Shown piece after piece: positions 8,395 through 15,890 of a stretch of 15,890 bases of DNA. This DNA is from Nitrospinaceae bacterium (GTDB taxonomy: Bacteria > Nitrospinota > Nitrospinia > Nitrospinales > VA-1): positions 1 through 15,890 of the forward strand of contig JBHHVU010000067.1 of the NCBI GenBank assembly GCA_046754465.1, read 5' to 3'. Under the pieces are notes generated by a model. That model had not been told where the DNA came from and did no database searches. It saw only the letters and a list, made by a program, of their open reading frames with translations. Position 1 is the first letter of the stretch. Each line of letters opens with the position of its first letter. The position numbers and the translations under genes were made by a program.

Positions 8395-9888
8395 TCATTC
8401 ATTTTTCAGCAGATAGTACATTTCTCCCCATTCCTTGAAGCTGCCCGCCATCACCCCCGCCCGGCGGCCCGTGCCGAAGTAAAAATCGGCGCGGCCCGAT
8501 CCCTGGATATCGGCGCCGGTATCCTGATCGACCACAAAACGCGAGACGCGTTTCCATTCCCGAATCACCCCATCCGCATTCAGAACTGGCGTCCGCACAA
8601 CGATGAAGGCCAGGCCCCCGGCGGGGTAAATGGATTTGTCGGTGGCGATGGACCGTCCACCGGTCAGTTCACCCCCACCGGAGCCGCGGGGTCCGGTATC
8701 GGTGAACGAAAAAAAAATGTACCGCTTGTTCTGGTAAAAGTATTTCGGAATCTTTTCCGGGTGCCGCCGTAAATATTGTTTGATGCCCTGCATGGACCGT
8801 TGGGTCCGGTCCAGCAGCCCATCGCGGACCATCAATTTCCCGATGCCCCGGTAAGGGTGGTTGTTTGCGGCGGCGAAACGAACTCCCTGGGATCTCCCGC
8901 CGGGAAACAGCAGGACCCCCGATCCCTGGATATGCAGGAAAAACCTTTCCAGATCGTCTTTAAGCCAGGCGATTTCCAGGTCCCGGTTTTCTAAAATCCC
9001 CAAACGATCGATCTGCTCCCGGGTGTAATCCCGCCACGAGCCGTTCCCCCCGGTTCCACCTCCGGTCCGGCCTCCGGGGGGGGAGAGGGGTCTATCTAAA
9101 CCGCCAGCCCACCTTGGTCCGCCATATAACGCATGTCCATCTGCCCGCGGAGGCACTCCGCCCCGGCCCCGCAAGGGGTTGCGGATCAGCCGCATCTCCC
9201 GGGGCTCTTCGGGAATCCGGTAGAGGGGATAAATGTACTCCCCGGTCCGCACGGGGCTCGCCTCAATCACCGGGGTGTAATATCCGGTGAAAAGGACCTT
9301 TTGGTGTTTCCCGGTTCCCACCCTTCGAAAGGAAAACTCCTCTCTCACCCGGCGGTTGAATTCCTCTGGGGCAAGGTTCTCTTGCAAAAGATCAAGGAAG
9401 GCATCCAGAGTTTCTTTCAGGTCCCTTCTTTGCAGAATCCGGCCAGCCAGCGGGACGGTCCGTGACAAACTGGGTTCCTCCATGGCCTCGATCTGGTTGC
9501 GGATGGCCCGCATCAAGGATTCCCGGTCCAGGTCATCGACCGGAATTTCGGGAAGCTCCGAGGGTTTTCGGGGGAGCGATGAGATGGGGAGTTGAGGTTC
9601 CACCTGGAGGGAGGGGGCGGCGTCGTAGAGGTCTCTCTTTTTCACCGCGGGGGGTGTGGGTTCCGCCTGACGGAGACTCGGCGCCGCACCGATTCGTGGT
9701 TCCCGGTCCCGGAAGGGGAATTTCGCGCTGGAGGAAGCGTCCGGGGTTCCGGGAATTTCTGAGGAGATCTCAGCCGCCGGCGCCGTGGGTGCTTGTGCGC
9801 GGTCCCGCGGGCCTGCGCAGGAGGCGGATACCCAGGCCGCAAAAAACACCCAATAAAGCAAGCAGGGATTCAGCGGGAATTGGGACAT
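8395..9888 (-). CDS. mltA: Membrane-bound lytic murein transglycosylase A (probable lipoprotein) carrying an in-frame repeat insertion
   Basis: Motifs FTGYYTP, YPLY, FFLHIQGSG, NHPYRGIG, N.RYIFF, SIATD, and the 3D-domain DQDTGADIQG...ADFYFGTG. Signal peptide ends in SASC. ATG at 9888 chosen as start. Confidence 0.9.
   Translation of the reverse strand: MSQFPLNPCLLYWVFFAAWVSASCAGPRDRAQAPTAPAAEISSEIPGTPDASSSAKFPFRDREPRIGAAPSLRQAEPTPPAVKKRDLYDAAPSLQVEPQLPISSLPRKPSELPEIPVDDLDRESLMRAIRNQIEAMEEPSLSRTVPLAGRILQRRDLKETLDAFLDLLQENLAPEEFNRRVREEFSFRRVGTGKHQKVLFTGYYTPVIEASPVRTGEYIYPLYRIPEEPREMRLIRNPLRGRGGVPPRADGHALYGGPRWAGGLDRPLSPPGGRTGGGTGGNGSWRDYTREQIDRLGILENRDLEIAWLKDDLERFFLHIQGSGVLLFPGGRSQGVRFAAANNHPYRGIGKLMVRDGLLDRTQRSMQGIKQYLRRHPEKIPKYFYQNKRYIFFSFTDTGPRGSGGGELTGGRSIATDKSIYPAGGLAFIVVRTPVLNADGVIREWKRVSRFVVDQDTGADIQGSGRADFYFGTGRRAGVMAGSFKEWGEMYYLLKNE
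9066..9160. repeat. Internally deleted copy of the 1191-1348 repeat, lying inside mltA
   Basis: Same alignment as the 1191-1348 copy but lacking the equivalent of 1250-1307. Translates in the mltA frame as GVPPRADGHALYGGPRWAGGLDRPLSPPGGR. Confidence 0.85.
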
Positions 9889-9917
9889 GATCGATTCCCT
9901 TTCCAATCGGGAGAGGT

Positions 9918-10355
9918 TCAGAATGCCATCTGGTCGAGGGCTTCGTTGGCCAGGGCGTCGCAGCGTTCATTTTCCGGGTGACCGTCATGGCCCCTGACCC
10001 ATTTCCAGGTGATCTTGTGAATTCCGTTCAAGCGGTGCAGTTCCTGCCAGAGTTCTTTATTTTTGACCGGTTTGCGGCCGGCCGTGAGCCAGCCCCGGCG
10101 GATCCATCCCGCGAGCCATTCGGTCATTCCCTTCTTAAGGTACTGCGAATCGGTCGTCAATTCCACTTCACAGGGCTCCTTTAACTTATTGAGGGCGACG
10201 ATGGCGGCTGTGAGTTCCATGATGTTATTGGTGGTTTCCCTGGCGGCCCCTTTATACTCCCGGACCGTGCCGTTAGACTTGAGGATACACCCAAAACCGC
10301 CCGGGCCGGGATTTCCCTTGCAGCAACCGTCGGTATAGATTTTGACTTTTTTCAT
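9918..10355 (-). CDS. rnhA: Ribonuclease HI
   Basis: Motifs IYTDG.CKGNPGPGG, TTNNIMELTA, TDSQYL, PVKNKELW and WVRGH.GHPENERCD.LA. ATG at 10355 chosen as start. Confidence 0.96.
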   Translation of the reverse strand: MKKVKIYTDGCCKGNPGPGGFGCILKSNGTVREYKGAARETTNNIMELTAAIVALNKLKEPCEVELTTDSQYLKKGMTEWLAGWIRRGWLTAGRKPVKNKELWQELHRLNGIHKITWKWVRGHDGHPENERCDALANEALDQMAF

Positions 10356-10699
10356 AAAGGCAGCGATTAAGATGGATCCCGGTCTCACCCCTCATGGATC
10401 AAAACCCGGAAAAGGGGTATAGTGTTTAGCAATCAAGTGGACACATTGGGGATTTCAGGGAAATCGCCATTTTGGGGGCGAAGCAAGAGGATTGATCTTC
10501 CAACCCGTTCATGCAGTTGAGTCAAATTGCCATAATATCATAAATTCAATTTCCCGATGAAGGGGTTTGAATCTTTTTTCACTCAATCTTGTCTAAGCAT
10601 AAGTACCAACTGAATTTTTTATGAAGTCCGGATAATCATTGAGTCCGAAACAATCGGGGTTGGGTTCATGATGGATCGGCCCCGGAGGGTGAATCTGCA

Positions 10700-11260
10700 A
10701 TGGCAACCGCGAATTCCACTGGCAAGTGGGAAATGAAAACCAAGGTTTCCACCGAGAATCCGTCTTTCAGCTTTCATTGCGTAGACGCCATCGAAGTGAG
10801 TTTATACATTGAAAAGCAAGGGCTGATGTATTACGAAAAAGCCGCCGGGGAAGCCCGGAATCCGCGGGTCCGCGCCATATTCCAACAACTGGCCCAGGAA
10901 GAGAAGGAACACATCCATTCCTTGCAGGCGAAAGCCCGGTATTTACAGCCCGCCTTATCAAAAAAGTCGGATTCCCGCAAACAGGTCGATCTATTTATCA
11001 CGGGGCAATTAAAAGGGAGGGTATTTCCCGTCACCAAGGGCAGCGGCCGGCGCGATCTTCCTCGTGTCGACAGTGATGCCGCCGCCCTGGATTTGGGAAT
11101 TGAATCGGAGAAACGTTCCATCGAGGTGTTGAGTGAATTGCTGCATCAGGAGAAAAAAATTGATGTCCGAGTGATCTTTTCCCATTTGTTGGTGGAGGAA
11201 AAAAAGCACCTCGCTGCACTGGAAGAACTCAAAAGATCCTTCTCCTTAAAACCGGGTTGA
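10700..11260 (+). CDS. Rubrerythrin/ferritin-like diiron protein without a rubredoxin domain
   Basis: Two E...EE..H repeats (IEKQG...EEKEH; SEKRS...EEKKH). GGAGG upstream. The alternative ATG (MKTKV) is possible. Confidence 0.82.
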   Translation: MATANSTGKWEMKTKVSTENPSFSFHCVDAIEVSLYIEKQGLMYYEKAAGEARNPRVRAIFQQLAQEEKEHIHSLQAKARYLQPALSKKSDSRKQVDLFITGQLKGRVFPVTKGSGRRDLPRVDSDAAALDLGIESEKRSIEVLSELLHQEKKIDVRVIFSHLLVEEKKHLAALEELKRSFSLKPG

Positions 11261-11543
11261 AAATTTTGCGGTTATCATAAACCCGCCATGGTGGGGGAGT
11301 TTCACCTACCTTTTCGATGCCAGTGGGGATGCAGGAATGATGTTTAAAAAACAGGGGGTCCCAACGCTTCTCCGCCGGACCGGGATGCCGGCGAGAGCTC
11401 GAGGGGAGAAAAATTCATTAATAATATCGGCGGGTTAGGGACCTTTCAATTTCCGTTGAAACCGGGGTTCCCGGGAAAGGGAGGAACCGTCTTTTCGGCA
11501 AATTAGAACCATCGGGCGAGGGGTCGAAAAGGGGTCAAAAAGG

Positions 11544-11572
11544 TTTGTTTTAAGGCCATGAATCAGTATAAT
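11544..11572 (+). promoter_or_regulatory. Distal sigma70-type promoter of the oxidoreductase operon
   Basis: Perfect TATAAT at 11567-11572, with TTGTTT at 11545-11550 (16-17 nt spacer). Confidence 0.45.
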
Positions 11573-11625
11573 GCGTCAGCGTTGGAGGTGGGCGGAAAAG
11601 CCTAACCTGTTTTAAGTGAAAAGGT

Positions 11626-11655
11626 TTGACAACCTTCAGGGCGGTGGTTTATAGT
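11626..11655 (+). promoter_or_regulatory. Proximal sigma70-type promoter of the oxidoreductase operon
   Basis: TTGACA (11626-11631), 18-nt spacer, TATAGT (11650-11655), 40 nt upstream of the ATG at 11696. Confidence 0.65.
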
Positions 11656-11695
11656 TAAGCTTTCTCAACTAAAATTTATATAATAAGGAATAAGA

Positions 11696-12328
11696 ATGAG
11701 CCAATATCAGGTAAAAGCCGGGCCGGAGGCCTTCCTTCCTCCCGCCGCGGCATCGATGGGAATTGTTTTGCCGGATCCGGGGGAATGTCATATAGAGGGC
11801 AGGCTGGCCCCGGAAGAAGAAGGATATGAATTTGCCGCCCGCAAATTTCTTGAGGCCAAGGTTCCGACCATTTTCCCCGGCCCCCTCGTCCTTTGGAGTT
11901 GGAATGAGAAAGCGCCCAAAAAGGCCAAGGCGATCCGGGCCCTTGCCGAGGCCATTCCGGCCCGATTGATTCCCATGGCGGACTACCGTCCCAAGTATCC
12001 CAAGATCGATCCGGCGGTGGAAATCAACCCCAACCATCCCAACCTGACCATTTGGCATAATCATATTGATGTTTGCATGTTTGTTGGCGTGCACTGTCAT
12101 ATGGCCAACCTGGCTTTGAAGATCATTCGGGGCGGGACCAATTGTTTCACCATCGCCATGTGCGCCCAGGCCGGGCATGAGGACGCCTGTATGTCGTTTC
12201 GTGACGCGACCGCGGAAAAAATCATGAAGCTTGTGGAAGTGATCGAAAAGTTAAAGAGGCAGGGAGTCAAAAGTCAGGCGATTCCCTTTGAGCAATTCAA
12301 GATGGGCCGTACCGGGCAACTCGCCTGA
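11696..12328 (+). CDS. forD: 2-oxoacid:ferredoxin oxidoreductase, five-subunit type, delta subunit (often annotated CO dehydrogenase beta-subunit family)
   Basis: Motifs GPEAFLPPAAA, YRPKYPKIDP..EINPNHPNLTIWHN and FVGVHCH.AN. First gene of the D-A-B-G-E order. Confidence 0.78.
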   Translation: MSQYQVKAGPEAFLPPAAASMGIVLPDPGECHIEGRLAPEEEGYEFAARKFLEAKVPTIFPGPLVLWSWNEKAPKKAKAIRALAEAIPARLIPMADYRPKYPKIDPAVEINPNHPNLTIWHNHIDVCMFVGVHCHMANLALKIIRGGTNCFTIAMCAQAGHEDACMSFRDATAEKIMKLVEVIEKLKRQGVKSQAIPFEQFKMGRTGQLA

Positions 12329-12436
12329 CGGATTAAATAAGAATCTCCGTGCGGCAAACCCGCCGGAGAAAAAAAATAGAAACTGAATTTTCAATACGCA
12401 CCGTTTGTTAAGCGTCATTTCCGAGGGAGTGATTTT

Positions 12437-13687
12437 ATGAATAAACAGGTGGAGACCCCGACAGCAGATAAGATCATCAGATCGCAGCATGTGAAATTGG
12501 GGACGAAAAACAGGAAAGGACAAACCTTTACGGACGTCAATTCCATTTTTTATGAATCCGAGCGGAAAGCCCACTTCCTGACAGGCAGTGAAGTTATTCG
12601 GGAGGCGATCAAGCGCGCCAGCGTCGGGATTTCCGTCGCCTATCCGATCACTCCCCAGAGTGAGGCGGCGGCTCTCATTGGCGAGTTGTTTGCGGAAGGG
12701 TATCTGGACGATTATTTTCGTGGTGAGAGTGAGTTCGCGGTCATGGGGCAATGCGCCGGCGCCGCCTTTGGCGGGTCGCGGGTCTTTACCACCACAGCGG
12801 GCCCGGGAACCTTGAGGGCCATGGAAAATTTTCCCATGTGGGCCGGTGCCCGGCTTCCCATTCAAGTCTGCGTCACCATGCGGGGCGTCAACTCCCCGTT
12901 GAGTATCCAGCCCGACACCATCGAGCTTTATTACCTTCTGGAAACGGGGATGCTGGTCTGGCACGCGGAAACGGCGCAGGACCTTTTTGATTTCATCCTC
13001 AAAGGGTTCATCGTGGCCGAACAGCCGGATGTGCACTTGCCCATCGCGGTTTGTTGCGACGGGTTTTTCGTGACCCATACCAAGGACACCGTGCTGATGC
13101 CTCCTGACGACCTGTGCCTGACCCCGTACGATCCTTACAAGTCACCGGTTCCGTGCATGGACATGGAATGCCCGCCGATCCGGATGATGCGGGATCCCTT
13201 CGTGATGAAATCCAATTACATCAGTTACTCGACCCACGCGTCGTGGCAGCAGGAGGTCCGCGCCGCCATTGAACGGTCCCGGAAACACACCGCGCCGCTT
13301 CTCGACGGTCTGATCGATACGGATAATATTGATCGTGAGATCCTGATCGTCTCCTCCGGCACCGCCGTGTCCCAGGGCCGCGAGGCGATCCGCCTTCTGG
13401 AAGAGGAAGGCGTGAAAGTCGGATTGGTCAAGATCAAGACCCTGCGTCCGTTCCCGGGACAGGAGATCCGGGAAGCGGTCAAGAACGCCAAGCATATTTT
13501 CGTGCCCGAGTTCAACATGGCCGGTTTGCTGGGCCGCGAAATCAAGGCGGTGGTCAACGATAACGACCGGGTGATCTGCGGTCCACACGTCGCGGGAGGC
13601 ATGACCCTGCCCTCCGAGGTGATCGTGGAAGAGATCAAGAAACATCTGGGCATGAAAACCACCAGTCTGGCCGGACGCGGCAGTTAG
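12437..13687 (+). CDS. forA: 2-oxoacid (probably 2-oxoglutarate):ferredoxin oxidoreductase alpha subunit
   Basis: Motifs YPITPQSE, ESEFAVM, TTTAGPGTLRAME, DGFFVTHT, and a transketolase-C-like KIKTLRPFP. Confidence 0.85.
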   Translation: MNKQVETPTADKIIRSQHVKLGTKNRKGQTFTDVNSIFYESERKAHFLTGSEVIREAIKRASVGISVAYPITPQSEAAALIGELFAEGYLDDYFRGESEFAVMGQCAGAAFGGSRVFTTTAGPGTLRAMENFPMWAGARLPIQVCVTMRGVNSPLSIQPDTIELYYLLETGMLVWHAETAQDLFDFILKGFIVAEQPDVHLPIAVCCDGFFVTHTKDTVLMPPDDLCLTPYDPYKSPVPCMDMECPPIRMMRDPFVMKSNYISYSTHASWQQEVRAAIERSRKHTAPLLDGLIDTDNIDREILIVSSGTAVSQGREAIRLLEEEGVKVGLVKIKTLRPFPGQEIREAVKNAKHIFVPEFNMAGLLGREIKAVVNDNDRVICGPHVAGGMTLPSEVIVEEIKKHLGMKTTSLAGRGS

Positions 13688-13771
13688 GCCGCCCGGAACG
13701 GGATTTTTCAATTTTCGAAAGTTTCCGGTTTGATCGATGCAATCGGAAGATCAAAATAAAAGGGGAAATTT

Positions 13772-14677
13772 ATGAGTAAGGAAAAAATTAGCATCTGCGA
13801 GGATCTGGCCGACATCATGCCTCCGGAATACCAGGAGCTTGTGGAAACGGCCACCTTCGGGAAAGATGACCGAGGTTGGCGGGATATAGGGTCTTCCAAG
13901 GAGTTGATCGAGCAACATTCCCTTTGCGCGGGGTGTCCGGAATCGATCGCTTTCCGGTATATCCTGGCTAGCATTCCCGCCCCGGAAGACACGGTCTTTG
14001 TCGGGTCTACCGGTTGCACCAGTCTGGTGTTTCCGCACGTGGCGGTGCACAACATCCATTCCCTGTTTGGCAACCAGAACGCGGTGGCCTCCGGTTTGCA
14101 GCGGGTGTTAAAAACCCGGTTCCCCGACAAGCAAAAAGACGTCGTGGTTCTCGCGGGGGATGGAGCGACCGTCGATATTGGCCTGGACATGACCATGCAG
14201 TCCTGGTTCCGGCAGGAGAAATTCACCACCATCTGCTTCGACAACGAACTGTACGCCAATACCGGCGGGCAGGAAAGCGGATTGATGCAGAAAGGATTTG
14301 TATCCAAAATGGCCCCCACGGGCAAGAAATTCGAGAAAGTGCGCATGCCGGAAATCGCCCGTGAAGCGGGGTGCAAATATGTTGCCTACCTTACCGTGAG
14401 CAAACCCAACCGGGTGGAAAAGGCCATTAAAAACGCCATCTATGTCGCCCGGGAGTTGGGGCCCACGTATGTCCAGCTTTATACTCCCTGTATTCTGGAA
14501 ATCGGCAAACAGAGCATGGAAGGCCTGGATGAAATGAAAGACGCGGAAGCGATCGGCCATCGCTTCGTGGCGAAGGAATATATCACCGACGAAGCCAAGG
14601 AGCTATTGGCGGGGATAGAAGCAGAAACCAAAGCCAGGAAAAAAGCGGCCAAAGCCAAAGCACAGGCTTCCGCATGA
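13772..14677 (+). CDS. forB: 2-oxoacid:ferredoxin oxidoreductase beta (TPP-binding) subunit
   Basis: Fe-S cysteines in CAGC...TGC...PC, and the TPP motif GDG...DNELYANTGGQ. Confidence 0.85.
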   Translation: MSKEKISICEDLADIMPPEYQELVETATFGKDDRGWRDIGSSKELIEQHSLCAGCPESIAFRYILASIPAPEDTVFVGSTGCTSLVFPHVAVHNIHSLFGNQNAVASGLQRVLKTRFPDKQKDVVVLAGDGATVDIGLDMTMQSWFRQEKFTTICFDNELYANTGGQESGLMQKGFVSKMAPTGKKFEKVRMPEIAREAGCKYVAYLTVSKPNRVEKAIKNAIYVARELGPTYVQLYTPCILEIGKQSMEGLDEMKDAEAIGHRFVAKEYITDEAKELLAGIEAETKARKKAAKAKAQASA

Positions 14678-14701
14678 TCTGACTGACAGAGAGGAGATGT
14701 T

Positions 14702-15403
14702 ATGTTCAAGAGGATGAATATCCGAATATCCGGGCTGGGAGGCCAGGGAGCCGTGACCGCCGCCCATATTCTGGCAATGGCGGCAAACAAGGATGGAAAG
14801 TATTCCATTTCCAACCCGTTTTTTGGTGCCGAAAAACGCATGGCCCCCGCCGAAAGCTATGTCCGCATCGGCGTGGAACGCATTTATGACCGCGGAGAAT
14901 TGGTTTACCCGGACGTCATCATGGTCTTCCATCCGCAGGTCATTACCATGCAGAAAAGTTACACCGCCCCTTTTTACTCCGGCATCAAGGAAAACGGACT
15001 GATCATCATTAATACCAGCACCGATCTTCTGAGTCAGGACGACCATAAGCGGCTTGAGGACCTGAATGTCAGCGTGTTCAATCATGATGCGACGGAATTG
15101 GCCATGAAAATTGGCGGGACCGAGTTGTCCACCAACATGGCCATGATCGGCGCCTGCGTCGGCGTCACCAAGATCGTTTGCATGGAATCCCTGGACTTGG
15201 CCCTTCAAGAGCGGTTCGGGAAAAAATACGTCGCCTCCGGTGGCACCGCGACACTCGATGAAGCGATCAAAAAGAAATACGCCAAAAAGGAGATGTTGCT
15301 TAAAAAGAACATGATGACCATTGAAAAAGCTTATGAGATCGCCACCGCCTGGGCGGAGGAAACCCACCCGGCCCTGGCGGGAATAGGCGCCGGGGTAGCG
15401 TGA
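14702..15403 (+). CDS. forG: 2-oxoacid:ferredoxin oxidoreductase gamma subunit
   Basis: Motifs IRISGLGGQGAVTA, PFFGAEKRMAPAESYVRI and NMAMIGA. GAGGAG RBS. Confidence 0.85.
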   Translation: MFKRMNIRISGLGGQGAVTAAHILAMAANKDGKYSISNPFFGAEKRMAPAESYVRIGVERIYDRGELVYPDVIMVFHPQVITMQKSYTAPFYSGIKENGLIIINTSTDLLSQDDHKRLEDLNVSVFNHDATELAMKIGGTELSTNMAMIGACVGVTKIVCMESLDLALQERFGKKYVASGGTATLDEAIKKKYAKKEMLLKKNMMTIEKAYEIATAWAEETHPALAGIGAGVA

Positions 15404-15503
15404 GGTCCTTCTCAACCGGGGGTGGTTCCCGGTCTGGCGGGTCTCTATCATGCAATCGGTTCCCGGAATCGGAATAGTGGAATTTGAAAGAGGAGAGTTA
15501 TAA

Positions 15504-15785
15504 GTGTACAACGTAGCTTATGTCGATGAAGAAAAATGCACCGCGCAAAAGGGATGCCGACTTTGCATCATGTACTGCCCCGAAGCAGACTGTATCCTGA
15601 TTGATCCGGAGAAAAAGAAGGCCGTGGTCATCATAGACCGCTGCAAAGGGTGTGAATTGTGTAAGGTGGTTTGCACCACCGTCAACGCGATCAGCATGCA
15701 CCCGGTTGACCAGGCAACGGGAGAGATCCAACTGGGTGAGAAAGAAAAGGAATCTGCCGGGTTGGGCCAAGCCTACGCGGGATAA
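15504..15785 (+). CDS. forE: 2-oxoacid:ferredoxin oxidoreductase epsilon subunit, 2[4Fe-4S] ferredoxin-like
   Basis: Cysteine motifs CTAQKGCRLCIMYCP and CKGCELCKVVC. GTG start after GAGGAG. Confidence 0.78.
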   Translation: MYNVAYVDEEKCTAQKGCRLCIMYCPEADCILIDPEKKKAVVIIDRCKGCELCKVVCTTVNAISMHPVDQATGEIQLGEKEKESAGLGQAYAG

Positions 15786-15799
15786 TTTTTATCAGCCTG

Positions 15800-15839
15800 A
15801 AACACCCATGACCCCCGCGGTTATGGGTGTTTTCTTTTT
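15800..15839 (+). terminator. Rho-independent terminator of the oxidoreductase operon
   Basis: Stem AAACACCCATGACC / GGTTATGGGTGTTT (one G-U pair) with a 5-nt loop, followed by TCTTTTT. Confidence 0.88.
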
Positions 15840-15890
15840 GTGCGCCCGGCAGGGCGCACCTACTTGGAGGTGCAAGTCCTCTACAGGCCC
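15840..15890 (+). mobile_element. 5' end of a group II intron (subgroup IIC), running off the window edge
   Basis: Begins with the GUGYG consensus (GTGCG-CCCGGCAGGGCGCA...GAGGTGCAAGTCCTC), resembling class C domain I starts such as GTGTGCCCGGCATGGGTGCA...GGGTGAGAGTCCC. It lies directly after a terminator stem and U-tract. Confidence 0.8.

Noticed and set aside
10625..10643. Fur-box-like GATAATCATT upstream of the ferritin-like gene
   Set aside because: Only about 10 of 19 consensus positions match and there is no palindromic partner half.
11261..11520. Possible riboswitch (e.g. TPP) in the long leader before forD
   Set aside because: Several hairpins are present, but no TPP, cobalamin or c-di-GMP consensus motifs, and the region lies upstream of the predicted promoters.
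1..15890. CRISPR array, tRNA, rRNA or transposase
   Set aside because: No regularly spaced repeat-spacer array, cloverleaf, rRNA-like sequence or transposase/integrase ORF was seen.

Overview
GC-rich bacterial chromosomal window, most consistent with a Nitrospina/Nitrospinota-like or other reductive-TCA autotroph (inferred from the five-subunit 2-oxoacid:ferredoxin oxidoreductase). Genes from left to right: a sensor-like regulator ORF that appears to lack its DNA-binding domain (-), a 1369-aa AsmA-like protein (-), an M28 peptidase (-), a small conserved hypothetical protein (+), pcm (+), a divergent PyrE-like phosphoribosyltransferase (+), mltA (-), rnhA (-), a rubrerythrin/ferritin-like protein (+), and a forDABGE-type oxidoreductase operon (+). 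The operon ends in an intrinsic terminator followed immediately by the 5' end of a group IIC intron. The most unusual signal is a hairpin-rich dispersed repeat present twice. One copy is intergenic (~1191-1348). The other is internally deleted and inserted in frame within mltA (~9066-9160), where it adds about 30 residues to an apparently intact enzyme. A possible third fragment forms the C-terminus of pcm. A different nested-palindrome repeat sits at 1-128. All calls are from reading the sequence by eye; no database searches were run.
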